Origin: an uncultured Methanosarcinales archaeon
GTDB lineage: Archaea; Nanobdellota; Nanobdellia; Woesearchaeales; UBA12501
Assembly: GCA_964397315.1 (NCBI GenBank)
Contig: CAYNHV010000014.1
Coordinates: 1 to 34,395, forward strand
Direction: 5' to 3'
DNA: 34,395 bases
Position numbers and translations under genes: made by a program. This document shows positions 7,259-19,300 of this stretch, piece after piece. Under the pieces are notes generated by a model that was not told the DNA's origin, did no database searches, and saw only the letters and a list, made by a program, of their open reading frames with translations. Position 1 is the stretch's first letter. Every line of letters starts with the position of its first letter.

Positions 7259-10200
7259 ATGAGAGCAAAAAGAGGCAGCGCAGGCCTTTCAAGGCAGAGA
7301 AGGGGCCAGCTCACAGCATTCATTCTGCTGGGAATTGTCATACTTGCGGTTTTCGGATTCATGTACATGATATCCTCATCCCTAAAAAGGGCGAGGATGG
7401 AGAAGGAGATTGATGTTGCTGCAGAGAGGATAAGGGAGACAGAGATACTTGCAAGGTATGTGAGGCTCTGCCTGAAGAACGGGCTCAAGGAGGGCCTCAC
7501 AAAAGCAGGAGATCAGGGAGGCAGGATATACTTCGCAAACCCTGACGAGCATGCTGAACACAAGCAGACAAATGTGGGTTACGGCATTCTCGCCCAGGAC
7601 AGCCTGGAGTCAATGGCAGATGATCCTGAGCTTCCAGAGCCTCCGGAATACCCCTGCATCAACAATCTAGGCACTGACTCATACTCCTGCGAAGCTCCAT
7701 ACAACAGCCTAATTCCCTCAAAGCTCTACCCTTTTGGAATCAAAGCACTTCCTCCATTGTGCAGCCCCACAGGACCCAATGCAGCAAACCTTGAAATATT
7801 CCCATACCCCTGCCCCACAGGCACTTACGGGCCCGGCTCTGTTCAGCAGCATCTAAAAACATTCGTGGAGAGCAGCATGGCAGGCTGCCTTGATGAAGAG
7901 TCAATAGAGTCAATGGAGAATGTGACCCAGATGGGAATAACACCAGGAGAGCCTAACGTCACTGTAATGCTGGGTGAGGATGATATTATAGGCACTGCAT
8001 CCTTCCCCCTCAACATAAGCCTTGGAGATTACGGCTCAACAAGATTCTTTGACTTTGAGGTGGGGCTTCCTGTGAGGCTCAAGAAGATGTTCGGGCTTGC
8101 CAAGTTCATAGCAGAGAGGGAGGCTTATAACATAAGCTTTAATGCAACAAGGGATTATGCTGATTACAGGTATTTCAGCAGGGAGATACGCCCCCAGATG
8201 AAAGTTGCAAGATTCAGGGCAGAGACAGGGAATGGTGTGGATGATGATACAGACATCATAAGGATTAATGACTCAATATCCATAATAGAGGGGGAGGCTT
8301 ATGAGTTCATGTTCGCTGTGCAGAACATGATTCCCGCGCTTGAGCCCATACCAGAGCCTGTTGAGCCAGGCAAGAAGTTTGACATTGTTGTTTCTGAGGG
8401 AGAGAAGATAAGCATAAGCCCGCAGGGCAGGGACCCTGATGACACAGACCAGCCAGAGCTTGATTATGGGTATGAAGGGTGGAAGGGTGATGAGGATGCA
8501 AGTTTCAGCCCAAGCATGTGCTTCAGCGACATTGAAAAATGCAAGCAGGAGCCTTACTGGGCTGTTGACATAGAGAACAGCATTGACCCTAATGTGTGGG
8601 AGGACTCAGAGCCATACACAGACCCTCAGGATGTCAGGGAGGGAAAGAACGCGGAGTATGAGACAAAGACAAAGGATGAAAATCCTGTTCCTGCAGACTG
8701 CGAGGATGATGATGCTGTTACCTGCTACAGCAGGGACCTGGGAGGCCATAATGTGACAGTCAAAGTCTGCGATGAGTCAGGAAAGTGCGACTGGCAGACT
8801 GTGAGGGTGCTTGTGATAGACACTCCCTCTCCGACAATAGATGTTAACCCCCCTTATGGGGCAGACTATGCTTCTGTAGAAGACCCTTTTGTGCTTGATG
8901 CCTCAAGATCAGCAATCTGGCCGGGGTTTGAGTTTGAATGGACTGACTCAAAAGGGGATTTTACTTACACCTCAGATGATGACAATGATGGTGATGGAGT
9001 TCTTGAGATACCGCTTGACATTGACATAAGGACAATTCACGAAAAAGCGTTCCAGACTCAAGGAGAACACACCCTCACGCTTACAATTCCAGGGGGAAGT
9101 CCTGAATCCGCGGATTACACCCTTAAAGTGAAGGAATGCCTGCCCTTTGACCATGATCCAGGGCTTGATCACGCTCCATACCCTTACAATGACAACAGCA
9201 GGTTCAACAATCCGAGATATGCATATAATCCTGAGACAAACGCAAACCCTTTTGTTGCAGACCACGCCTGCTGCGACAGTTATGAGTATGTTGATAAAAC
9301 TGATTTGGAAAACCCATGCTACATTTATAAATCTTATGGAAGCTATCTTTCCTTTGACAAGGAAAAATTCAAAACACCTGCACTGGATTTTACTTTCCTG
9401 CAAAATGATGATGACAGCCATATGCCCAACAATGAAAAGAAGAATGACATATTCTGGAGGCATTTTGAGAGGTACTGCTCAGGAGACAGGGGCAACATCT
9501 GCTCTGGTGATGCAACCCAGAAAATTGAAGTCTTCAAGGCTTGCGCTGATGAGGACAATGATTTTGACCTGGACTATGGGGTTGAGATTGGAGGAACAAC
9601 CACATACCCTAATGCTAACATTGAGCAGACAGAAAGGTGCATGGGCCCCCCAAAGAATTACAGGAGCGCGAACACAGAGGTTGCAACAACCACTCCCGGC
9701 TCCATAAACTGCATAAACTACGGGGCTGCTCTTGCATACGGGCCAACAACCTTTGAGCAGTATTATGATGTTGGCTCAAGCCAGACAGGCAAGTGCTCTG
9801 ACACTCCAGCCTGCTCATCAGGAGAAGGTGATGACACTTTTGGGGTCGGAGGGCCTTTCAGGTGCGGGTACGCGCTCTGTGATGGAGACACTGCCTCAGG
9901 TGATGACACTCATTGTGATGTGGGAAAGAACTGCGCCTGCGATGAGGAATGCGGTGCAGAGCCTGCCTGCGGGGGCATCTCATATAATGCTGTTGTTTCA
10001 GGAGATGAGAGCGCTTATTCCAGCACAAGCAGCGGAGAGAGAATAAAATGCGGAAGCCAGTGCCAGGCAGTTGAGCCAGACAAGGACGAGAATGCCTGCG
10101 TGTGGGTTGTAAGAGACATGAAGCCCTCAATAGCAACACCTAATGACAGGCTGATTTTCAGGGACGCGGGAAACCTCTTTGGAGTGGAAACTCCAGGAAT

Positions 10201-10534
10201 GGGCAACTGCTGCGGTGACGATAACAACGAGTATTACATTGAGGGATTCCAGGGGACCACAGCAGCCTGCTGCAACTCACTCACTGACTGCGTTTATAAT
10301 GGGGAGTGCATAAGCTCAGGCCAGAGATCAGAACACGGCCCTCTTACTGACAAACAGGAGGGAGTATGTAAAGACCTTACCAAGAAGTGTTCTGACGGTG
10401 TTTTCAATAATGGCTACATTGAGATACCTGGTTTTGAGCTCATAGAATCAAGCTGCGATGACGGCCTTGACAATAACTGCAATGGCAAAACTGACATGGA
10501 TGACCCTGACTGTCAGGGAGGGCCAGGGGCCTAA
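7259..10534 (+). CDS. Large pilin-like protein (class III signal peptide) with Ig/PKD-like domains and a Cys-rich C-terminal half
   Basis: MRAKRGSAGLSRQRRGQ-LTAFILLGIVILAVFGF; HNVTVKVCDESGKCDWQTVRVLV; ends SCDDGLDNNCNGKTDMDDPDC. Start chosen from promoter spacing (ATG7202 is the alternative). Confidence 0.87.
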   Translation: MRAKRGSAGLSRQRRGQLTAFILLGIVILAVFGFMYMISSSLKRARMEKEIDVAAERIRETEILARYVRLCLKNGLKEGLTKAGDQGGRIYFANPDEHAEHKQTNVGYGILAQDSLESMADDPELPEPPEYPCINNLGTDSYSCEAPYNSLIPSKLYPFGIKALPPLCSPTGPNAANLEIFPYPCPTGTYGPGSVQQHLKTFVESSMAGCLDEESIESMENVTQMGITPGEPNVTVMLGEDDIIGTASFPLNISLGDYGSTRFFDFEVGLPVRLKKMFGLAKFIAEREAYNISFNATRDYADYRYFSREIRPQMKVARFRAETGNGVDDDTDIIRINDSISIIEGEAYEFMFAVQNMIPALEPIPEPVEPGKKFDIVVSEGEKISISPQGRDPDDTDQPELDYGYEGWKGDEDASFSPSMCFSDIEKCKQEPYWAVDIENSIDPNVWEDSEPYTDPQDVREGKNAEYETKTKDENPVPADCEDDDAVTCYSRDLGGHNVTVKVCDESGKCDWQTVRVLVIDTPSPTIDVNPPYGADYASVEDPFVLDASRSAIWPGFEFEWTDSKGDFTYTSDDDNDGDGVLEIPLDIDIRTIHEKAFQTQGEHTLTLTIPGGSPESADYTLKVKECLPFDHDPGLDHAPYPYNDNSRFNNPRYAYNPETNANPFVADHACCDSYEYVDKTDLENPCYIYKSYGSYLSFDKEKFKTPALDFTFLQNDDDSHMPNNEKKNDIFWRHFERYCSGDRGNICSGDATQKIEVFKACADEDNDFDLDYGVEIGGTTTYPNANIEQTERCMGPPKNYRSANTEVATTTPGSINCINYGAALAYGPTTFEQYYDVGSSQTGKCSDTPACSSGEGDDTFGVGGPFRCGYALCDGDTASGDDTHCDVGKNCACDEECGAEPACGGISYNAVVSGDESAYSSTSSGERIKCGSQCQAVEPDKDENACVWVVRDMKPSIATPNDRLIFRDAGNLFGVETPGMGNCCGDDNNEYYIEGFQGTTAACCNSLTDCVYNGECISSGQRSEHGPLTDKQEGVCKDLTKKCSDGVFNNGYIEIPGFELIESSCDDGLDNNCNGKTDMDDPDCQGGPGA

Positions 10535-10550
10535 TCAAGCCATGAGCACC

Positions 10551-10566
10551 GCAACATTTTTAAATA
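10551..10566 (+). promoter_or_regulatory. Putative BRE/TATA promoter
   Basis: GCAACATTTTTAAATA in the short intergenic gap. Confidence 0.5.
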
Positions 10567-10621
10567 TATGTGGGTTAAAAACAGCCAATCGCAGCTACAT
10601 ATGCCAAAAACCGGTGAATGC

Positions 10622-13600
10622 ATGGACAAAAAGAGGTTAAGCATAGTAATATTGACAATTTTCGCGTTTGCCATATTCTTGAGTGTCTCTGCCTCAACAG
10701 TTATAGGGGCTTGCTGCGTATATGAGGGGGCAGAAGAAGTAACATGCGATGATGTTACAATAGGTCCTGAAGAGACTGAAGCTGAGGTGCAGGCTGCATG
10801 CGAGGATGCAGACGGCGATTTCTACACTGACGACTGCACCGAGATAGAGGACTGCCCCTCATATGAGGAGTGCACAGAGGATACAACAACAGTATGCCCT
10901 GACGGCACAGAGATAGTAACAGAAGAGTGCGAGGACGGCCAGCGTGTCTCCACAGGCATAACCTGCGATAATATTGAGGATGTCTGCAGCGATGGAGAGC
11001 AGGGTGATTATGAGTCTGATGTTGACTGCGGCGGGATATGCGGGCCTTGCCATGATGGAATGGCCTGCAGTGAGGATTCTGACTGCGAGAGCGGCAGCTG
11101 TGTTGGTAATGTATGCGAGCCAGCAGAAGAGGCTCCTGAATGCTCTGACGGAATTGACAATGATGGTGATGGGCTTGTTGACATGGATGATCCTGGCTGC
11201 GATGACGAGCAGGATGACACAGAAGAGGAGGTTGAGCCTTCAGAGCCTGAGCTTCCCGGCTGCGGGGATGGGGAATGTGTGGGAGATGAAAGCTCTGAGA
11301 CCTGTCCTGAGGACTGTGGAATATGTGGGGATGGAATAGTGCATAATGAGGAGTGTGATCCTGCAGCAGAAGATCCTGATGCAGCCTGCTTCAGCGGGGA
11401 GTGCAATGAATACTGCGAGTGCGGGTATGAATGCTCAGAAGGCACTGTTCCGGTTCCTGAAAGCCTTTACACCTCGTATAGTGAAGGCAGCATAATTCTT
11501 GAATGGTACCTTGATACTGGCTGCGAGCTTGAAAGGATTGACATCCGCAGGTGTGAGACTGAAGGAGAAGAATGCACTCCCCGGAATGTTGTCAGCTCAA
11601 AAACAGAAAGAGATTCATCCTATACATTCAATGATGAGGACATTGCTCCTGAGAACACGTACTGCTACATGGTAAAGGCGTATTATAAGGAGGAAGGGGC
11701 TGTTGCGTCCTCTGAAACCCTTTGCTTTGCCACAGGCCATGAGAAGTGCATGCAGGGAAGAGGCACTTTCTGCGAGAATAACATAGTATACGGCTGCGAC
11801 AGCAACAACAACCCTGTGGAGCAGATTAATTGCAATGAAGAAACAGGCCCTGCAGGGCTTCCAACCACCTGCGTGGAGCGCAATGACGGCAGCGCATCAT
11901 GCGAGGCATCCAACATCTGCGACAGGTGCAACGGAGTTTTCGGAATGTTCGGGTTCACAGAAGGGATTGAAGAAGGAGGACCCTGGGGGGGAATAGAATT
12001 GTGCAGCGAGATGGACCTTCTAGAGTGCTTCTTTGACAGGACAACCACGAACATTGACAAGTTCCACTTCTGCGGTGATGTGAACTCATGCTATGATTAC
12101 GGGACAGAAGAGGTATGCGAGGAGAACAAGTGCGGTATGGGCTCTCTCGGGGAAACAGGAGAGGCAGAGGAGAGCTCTATAGGATGCGAGTGGAAATCAT
12201 CACCAGAGGCAGCAGAGGAGTTTGGTGTTGGAGTGTGCAGGCCAAAGGACGAGGAGATGCAGTCCTGCTCTGCATGTGAAACAACCTATTCTGACAAGAG
12301 AAATGCCTTCTTCGGCCGCTGCTCTGATGCTGTGTGCAGGCTTTACGGCGACTGCTACTTCCACTATGGATGTTATGATTCTGAAAGCCTTGGCTGCCGC
12401 GCTTATGACAACAAGGAGGACTGCACAGGCTCTGGAGACTCTGCCCAGGATGTGGAAGTTGATGTTGAGTATGACGAGAACACAAGGAGGACAGGCATTA
12501 CCAACGAGATAACAGAAAGGAGCAATGATTATTTCAGCTACGGAACCTGCAGGTGGATTGAGGATGAAAACCCTGACGCAGGAGGCCATTGCGTAAAGGA
12601 TGCTGACGGTGATGAAGAGGCTGACTGCGAGTATGGTGACGGAGCATGCATAAAGGACAACACGCCCCCAGAGACAAAGCTTATACCTGACATTCCTGTT
12701 GTTGACGGAAGGCTTCTTCTTGGAAAGAACATCCTCATAAAAGCAGACACAGGAGAGCCTGCAAAAACCCACTTCTGCATTGTGGAAGAAGGAGGAACGT
12801 GCTATCCTGACAAGAGCACTGCATGCGGCATACAGATGACAGTTGACGAGGACAGTGACTGGTACAATGGAGAGGGGGATTATACAATATACTATTACTC
12901 AGAGGACAGGGCGCATAACCTTGAGGAGCTGAAGAGCGTTGAGGTGAGGATTGACACCTCATTCCCATCCATCACCTCATATGCAAGAAAGCTGAACAAT
13001 ATGGATGATGCAAGGATTGTGACACTGGAAAGCGGCTCTGAGGCAGTAACCTGCTCCGGCCATCTTGAGACAGAGATCGGAGTTCCAGCAGCCTCTGACA
13101 ATGTGATAGACAAGGAGAAAGCAGGGGCAGGAGAGAAGATAAGCAGGACCTACACCAATCTTGATGATGAGACATATTATTTTGTCTATGACTGCAGGGA
13201 CAAGGCAGGGAACAACCAGCATGGAGAGGTCTCATTCAGCGTTGACACGAACAGGATACACAATCCAAAGCCATTCGGTCCAAAGGGGAAAGGATTCATT
13301 GAACTCTCTGTTGAGACAGAAAGCGAGGCAGTATGCAGGTATTCAAAAGACACCAGCAACTTTGAGGAAATGACAGAGCTTTCAGCCAGCGAGACAGATA
13401 ACGGGTTTTCGCATTCAGCGACTGTCTCTGTCCAGCCGGGATATCACGCTTATCATGCAAGGTGCGAGTTCAATGATGGAGAGGTTGAGGGAAACAAGAA
13501 CGACATGATACGGCTGGCTTATGATAATTATGAGCCAGAGGTTGAGCTGGTCAGCACGTTTGAGGAATTCCCTGTTGACACAAGCATTGAATACGGCGCA

Positions 13601-16258
13601 GAGCAGACTGTCATGCTCAGGTGCAGGGACAGTTACATATATGATACTACAAGAATCAGGAGGATGGATGCAGGATGCAAACAGACAACATACAGCATTG
13701 GTGACAGCGAGGAAACCTTTGAGGGAGAGCTCAGCAGGCCCTTCAGCATCTCAACATCAGAAACAATAAACTATGAGGCAGAGGATAATGTGGGGAACGT
13801 GAATGCGGGAAGCTTGCGCATTGATATTGTTGAGCCTGAGATAAGCATTGAGCTCTACAAGAGGAGCTCCTTCGGGGTTTCAGAGCCATTAGATGCAGTT
13901 TCTTACGGAGAGTATGAGGTTAAGGTCAGCTCTGAGCACATGATTGCCTCAGCAGAGCTTGACGCAGTGATAACAGCAGGAGACAGCTCTTACAATGTTC
14001 CCTCCTCTTACCTGAGAAGCGAGGACCTGGGCAAGGCTCATTACTTCAGCCTTAGCATCACAAAAAACAACATCCCTGAGATAGAGGGGGGAACTCTTGA
14101 GATAAACGCAGAAGGGGTAGTTGCCCAGGCAGGAGAGTTCTGCTCAATAAGCGCCCCTACTGAGGAAAACATTGTGACTGAGACAAAGACATTGTCTGTT
14201 GACACCACAATGCCTTCAGCAACTCTTGACCCTGATCCTGAAAACTATTTCAGCAGTTATGGCTATCCTCTCAACCTTCATGATGATATCTATTACACCA
14301 ATGAAAGCGAGGTTTTCATAACAGGCACTGCAGATCCCTCAAAGACAAGATGGGTTAACTTTTACGTATGGCCGTCAGGAAGCGAGGTAAGGCTCCAGAA
14401 GCAGTATGACATGAGCTCTAATGAAGAGGATTACCCAGAGGATGGAGATTATTCCCTCATTGGGTTTGTAGGCGAGGCAGGAAGTGAATATGTCATTCAT
14501 TATGCCCTGGGAACAATGTCACAGGGTCTTGCCCTTGAGGGAGAGCTCAGAGACCAGTACCTTGAGTTCAGCTACGGCCTCAGGACAGACTACGGCAGTT
14601 ATGGAAGGTATTATGATGTGACAGGCATAAGCAGCAACAACCAGCAGGTCAACATTGACGGCCCTCTTGAGGAGGACATAGAGTCATCTGACGAGGTGAC
14701 ATTCCACAAGGTTCCCCACCCGCAGAACTGGTTCGGAGAGCATATAGAGCTGCAGAGGGGAAAAAACTATTTTTTCATGAGCGCAGAGAGCAGCGCAGGC
14801 CTGGAAAATTATGGGGATAAAGGGATTGAATACCATACAATAGTCTATGATCCTGAGCCTCCGATGGTTATTGGAAGGTCTCCATCTGCAGGAACAATAA
14901 ATGACAACACCCCCCTTGTCTCAATACTCATAAAAGAGCCCCTTAACAGCGGAGCGCCGCTTGACATCAACAGCCTGAAGCTTCATGGAATAAAAAGCAA
15001 CTCCATAAGCGGGAGCAGCCTTGAGAAAGAGACCTATGTCAGGGGCGCTTCAAGGTATTACAACATCTCATACCAGCCAAATCAGGACCTTGATGACGGA
15101 ACATACCATGTGAGGTTTGAAGGAAGGGATTATGCTGTCAACGCTCTTGAGAAGGACTCTGTAGGGCCGGAGTGGGTGTTCACGATAAACGAGGACGCTC
15201 CCTCAAGGCCTGTTTTTGAGGTTATAGGGGGGACAATGCACAAGAACATGTGGTTCACCCGGGAATCGCCTGAGTTCAATCTCATGTTCAGCGAGCCTGT
15301 AAGGGTTAATGCTTATTATCTCAATGATCCCGGAAATTATGTGAATGTGCCTGGCTGCTATGACACCCAGGAAACTAACATGTTCACAAACTGCGAGTTT
15401 GAAGAGCCTCTTGAGCCCCAGGAGATGGGAGACGTGATTGAGGATGAGTTCCAGATAATAGTGGCAGCCCAGAAGGTGTTCTCCTTCGGAGACAGGCAGA
15501 CAACAGGCCCTGAGGCAAACATCTACCTTGAGAAGGTTGTGATAGACCAGACAACACCTGAGATCGGAACAATCTATGACCTTGAGGAGATAAGGGAGAA
15601 TTACGGCAAGATGTTCTCTGTCAGCATACCCAACGAGCAGAGAGACCTCAAGGGAGAAGTGCATGTCACAAGCCCTGACGCCTGCATGGGGCAGGAAGTC
15701 TATGAGCTTGAGCAGGTGGACAGGGACAGAAGCAACCACAGGTATTACTTTAAGTGGAAAATACCAAGATGCGATCCAAGCAGGACTGACGTGCCCATGG
15801 AAAAAAAGATCAGGCTTGTGATATCAGATTACGCAGGAAACAGCGCAGGAAAGAGCCATACTGTAACAAGGGATTTCACGCCTCCTGAGTTTGACAGGAT
15901 GGACATCAAGGTGAAGCCAACCAGGCTCATAACAAAAGGCAACTACACCACAAGAGAGACAGAGGTCATCCTAATGGGCAACCTCACAGGAGAGAGCGAC
16001 GACATAGTCTCGGTTTATGTCATACCCTCAAACCTCACAGATGCTCCTGAAGAGAAGAGGATAAGGGAGAGGCAGACAGGCTCCATAGCCAGGAACTCAT
16101 TTGAGATAAGGATGACAATAGAGGGAGAATTCAACAAGGAAATACTCAACCAGCTGGATGTTTTCCTTGAGGATGATGCAGGAAACAGCGTTTCCAAGCA
16201 TCTTAATGTCATAGCTGACCTGCAGCCTCCGCAGGCAGTAAGCACAAGAGTCAGCTGA
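10622..16258 (+). CDS. Giant secreted protein (~1880 aa): acidic Cys-rich N-terminal third, FN3-like domain, then tandem Ig-like domains
   Basis: GGTGA RBS at 10613-10617 before MDKKRLSIVILTIFAFAIFLSVSAS; motifs ESDVDCGG and CSDGIDNDGDGLVDMDDPGC; repeated DxxPP...DxAGN Ig-type motifs; no C-terminal TM. Confidence 0.88.
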   Translation: MDKKRLSIVILTIFAFAIFLSVSASTVIGACCVYEGAEEVTCDDVTIGPEETEAEVQAACEDADGDFYTDDCTEIEDCPSYEECTEDTTTVCPDGTEIVTEECEDGQRVSTGITCDNIEDVCSDGEQGDYESDVDCGGICGPCHDGMACSEDSDCESGSCVGNVCEPAEEAPECSDGIDNDGDGLVDMDDPGCDDEQDDTEEEVEPSEPELPGCGDGECVGDESSETCPEDCGICGDGIVHNEECDPAAEDPDAACFSGECNEYCECGYECSEGTVPVPESLYTSYSEGSIILEWYLDTGCELERIDIRRCETEGEECTPRNVVSSKTERDSSYTFNDEDIAPENTYCYMVKAYYKEEGAVASSETLCFATGHEKCMQGRGTFCENNIVYGCDSNNNPVEQINCNEETGPAGLPTTCVERNDGSASCEASNICDRCNGVFGMFGFTEGIEEGGPWGGIELCSEMDLLECFFDRTTTNIDKFHFCGDVNSCYDYGTEEVCEENKCGMGSLGETGEAEESSIGCEWKSSPEAAEEFGVGVCRPKDEEMQSCSACETTYSDKRNAFFGRCSDAVCRLYGDCYFHYGCYDSESLGCRAYDNKEDCTGSGDSAQDVEVDVEYDENTRRTGITNEITERSNDYFSYGTCRWIEDENPDAGGHCVKDADGDEEADCEYGDGACIKDNTPPETKLIPDIPVVDGRLLLGKNILIKADTGEPAKTHFCIVEEGGTCYPDKSTACGIQMTVDEDSDWYNGEGDYTIYYYSEDRAHNLEELKSVEVRIDTSFPSITSYARKLNNMDDARIVTLESGSEAVTCSGHLETEIGVPAASDNVIDKEKAGAGEKISRTYTNLDDETYYFVYDCRDKAGNNQHGEVSFSVDTNRIHNPKPFGPKGKGFIELSVETESEAVCRYSKDTSNFEEMTELSASETDNGFSHSATVSVQPGYHAYHARCEFNDGEVEGNKNDMIRLAYDNYEPEVELVSTFEEFPVDTSIEYGAEQTVMLRCRDSYIYDTTRIRRMDAGCKQTTYSIGDSEETFEGELSRPFSISTSETINYEAEDNVGNVNAGSLRIDIVEPEISIELYKRSSFGVSEPLDAVSYGEYEVKVSSEHMIASAELDAVITAGDSSYNVPSSYLRSEDLGKAHYFSLSITKNNIPEIEGGTLEINAEGVVAQAGEFCSISAPTEENIVTETKTLSVDTTMPSATLDPDPENYFSSYGYPLNLHDDIYYTNESEVFITGTADPSKTRWVNFYVWPSGSEVRLQKQYDMSSNEEDYPEDGDYSLIGFVGEAGSEYVIHYALGTMSQGLALEGELRDQYLEFSYGLRTDYGSYGRYYDVTGISSNNQQVNIDGPLEEDIESSDEVTFHKVPHPQNWFGEHIELQRGKNYFFMSAESSAGLENYGDKGIEYHTIVYDPEPPMVIGRSPSAGTINDNTPLVSILIKEPLNSGAPLDINSLKLHGIKSNSISGSSLEKETYVRGASRYYNISYQPNQDLDDGTYHVRFEGRDYAVNALEKDSVGPEWVFTINEDAPSRPVFEVIGGTMHKNMWFTRESPEFNLMFSEPVRVNAYYLNDPGNYVNVPGCYDTQETNMFTNCEFEEPLEPQEMGDVIEDEFQIIVAAQKVFSFGDRQTTGPEANIYLEKVVIDQTTPEIGTIYDLEEIRENYGKMFSVSIPNEQRDLKGEVHVTSPDACMGQEVYELEQVDRDRSNHRYYFKWKIPRCDPSRTDVPMEKKIRLVISDYAGNSAGKSHTVTRDFTPPEFDRMDIKVKPTRLITKGNYTTRETEVILMGNLTGESDDIVSVYVIPSNLTDAPEEKRIRERQTGSIARNSFEIRMTIEGEFNKEILNQLDVFLEDDAGNSVSKHLNVIADLQPPQAVSTRVS

Positions 16259-16300
16259 CAACCCGGAAGCATCCGCCAATAAACCAGACAGTGTATTAAT

Positions 16301-19300
16301 ATGGTCTTAAAAAAGAGGCTGATCCTGATAGCAGTTTCTCTATTTTTGATACTTCTCTCCATGTCAGGCCTAAACGCCCAGGACAGGGAGGAGGAAAGCC
16401 TAAACCTCACAATTCTCTCCAAAGCAACACCTGACATACAGGTGGAATTCCAGGAGGATGTTGAGGTTGTAAAGGCAACAATGTACGGCATGTACGGGGA
16501 CATGATAGAGAACAACGAGGAATATCTCAGGGAGTTCATGGAAAGTGAGGACACGAAATACATACAGTCCATGAGGCTTGTTGAGATTGCCGTGAACGCA
16601 GAAGCAACAGAGAATGTGGTGCACGTAATCCCTGTAAACCCCATGTTCAACGGCTATTACATCCTTGAGCTTCAAGTGCAGGATCTTGCAGGCAATGAAG
16701 CCACCCACTACGGCTACTTTGATCTTTTTGTGACTGAAACAGACATCGCAATAATAGAGCCCCGGCTCGGGGTTTCAGACAAGACGTTTGACAATCTCAC
16801 AATAAGGACAACAAGAGGGGGAGCACCTGAAGAGACAAGGTGCAAGATAGGGGTTGAAGACCCTGGCTACAATTTTGAAAGCCCCTCCCTTGTCCCTTTT
16901 GATCCCTTTGAGTGGGGCAGCAGGCACAGCATAAGCAATGTGTTCAGCAGGTTCAACATAGGCTCTGCAGGCCACGTCTACATCCTCTGCAGGGACAGAT
17001 CTCTTAACAGGGTTAACCAGAAAAGATTCCCTCTCCAAACAGACGGCAATAATCCTGTCATAAAAAGCTTCACATTCATACCAAAAAAAGTTGTGGAATA
17101 CCCTGAATTCAGCGATGAGATATTTGTAAGGCTGAATGTGACAGCAAATGAGCCTGTAATATGCAGGTACACCCAGGACAAGGATGCATCATATGAGGAG
17201 ATGACAAACTTTGACAGCTTCAATGAGTGGGACCCTGACACTTACTCAAAAGAGAACATACAGAGGCACGAGCTTCCTTCAGCAGAGAAGGCAGCATACA
17301 ATTTCTACGTCCAATGCGAGGACATGGCAGGATGGAAGTCAGGAAGGAAGCCAGGCACCCTGGAGGTGGACCTCTCAGCAGGCCTTGGAATTGAAGTGCT
17401 CAGGCCGAGAAGATACACAGCGAATGATACAATAAGCATGATCTTAAGGACCAACAAGAGGTCAGAGTGCAGCCTTAAAGGAGAGGGTCTGGAGGAGCAA
17501 ACAATAATGACAGCATCGCCTGACAGGAAGCAGCACTCGTACAGCCTTGGCACTCTGGAGGAGGGCTCCTACACCTATGACATACGCTGCCAGAGCTCTG
17601 CTGCAGGCGCGATACAGGAGCAGGCAAAAAGCTACACCTTCACCATAGACCAGAGCGAGCCAGAAACTCCCTCAATAAACGGAACACTGGTTACGTGCTA
17701 TAACAACAAGTTCTCTTTTGAAAAGCCTCTCCAGCTCTCATCAGAAGACCCTGAGTCAGGAATAAGCCACTTCCTGGTGCAGCTCAAGAACAGCACAGGA
17801 ATACTGATAAACTGGACAAGAACAGGCAGCTCCCTGAAAGAGGTGGAGGGTGATGACATCCAGCTAAAGAACGGCTCATCATACTCCTTCCTTGTAAAGG
17901 CAGTGAACAATGTGGGGCTGGAAAGCACTGCAGAGGTGGCAAGCATTGACTATGACCCAGGCCATGACATATGCCTGGAGAAGAACCCCCCTATTGTAAA
18001 AATAGAGGAGAACAAGAGCAAGGGCGTCACAAAACTGAAGTTCACTTGCAGGGATGAGTCAGGATGCGACAATAGCAGCTTCTATTACGGCACAGCAGGC
18101 TCAGAAGAGAACTGCACTGCCGGCAGCACATTACAACCCCCTTTCACCTCAGAGGTAAGGGAAACCTCTTACGTCTGCTATCTGGCTTATGACACGATAG
18201 GGAATAACGCAACAGGAGGAAAGCTCATAGAGGTTGAATACGCTGACGCGTGCAACAACCTCAGGAAGGACGGTGACGAGACAGGAGTTGACTGCGGGGG
18301 AAGCTGCCCGCCCTGCGAGGCCGGCAGCAAATGCAGAGAGAATTCTGACTGCAGCTCAAACTACTGCGAGAATGGAACATGCGCAACACCAACCTGCAAT
18401 GACAGCGTGATCAACGGGCCGCTTAATGATGTTGAGAGTGATGTTGACTGCGGAGGCCACTGCTCTGAGCTTGGGCTAAGATGCAGCCTAAACCAGTCCT
18501 GCTTTGTTAATGACGACTGCGAGAGCGGATTCTGCACTCCAGATGGGGCTTGCGCAATAAGCACGTGCAATGACACTTACAAGGGGCCTGAGGAGACAGG
18601 GGTTGACTGCGGAGGGGTGTGCGCAGCAGAGGGGAAGCTTTGCGGGATAGGCTCGGGATGTCACAACAACAGCGACTGTATAAGCGGAAACTGCCTTGCA
18701 GGGACCTGCGAAAGCCCTGTGGAGATGGATGAGGGCATTGAATTTCCCATCTCAACAATACTCATCATACTAGGAGTGTTGATGGTTGCAGGAGGCTCGG
18801 GCTATCTCATATACAAGAGAGCATCCTCAGCAGGAGCAGTTGCCGCAGCTCCTGGAGCTGCCGGCCCAGCAAGGCCAGAGGCGCAGCCATCAAGAAGGCT
18901 TTCACCAGCAGAGCAGGAGAAGGAGAGAGCAAGGCAGGCTGAGCAGGAGAGAAGAAGAAAGGCAATGGAGGAGCAGAGAAGAAAACAGGCTGAGGAGAGG
19001 AAAAAGAGGGGGGAAGAGGCCAGGAAAAAGCTGGAGATGATAAACAGAAGGAAGATAGAGGAGAGAGAAAAGCTTTTCAAGGCCTTTGGAGAGGGAAAAG
19101 AAACAGAAGAAAAGGCTAAAGAATCCGGAAAGGCGGCTGCAAGGCCTGAAGAGGAGAAAGAGGAAAAACAAGAGAAAGCTCCAGGGAAAGAAGGGTGGAT
19201 GAGCCTCAGCGCATTAAAAAACAAGCTCAGCCCTGCAAAAAAAGAGGAGAAAGCAGAGGGAAAAGAGGCTGGAGCGCCCCAGGAAAAAGCGCAGGCTGAG

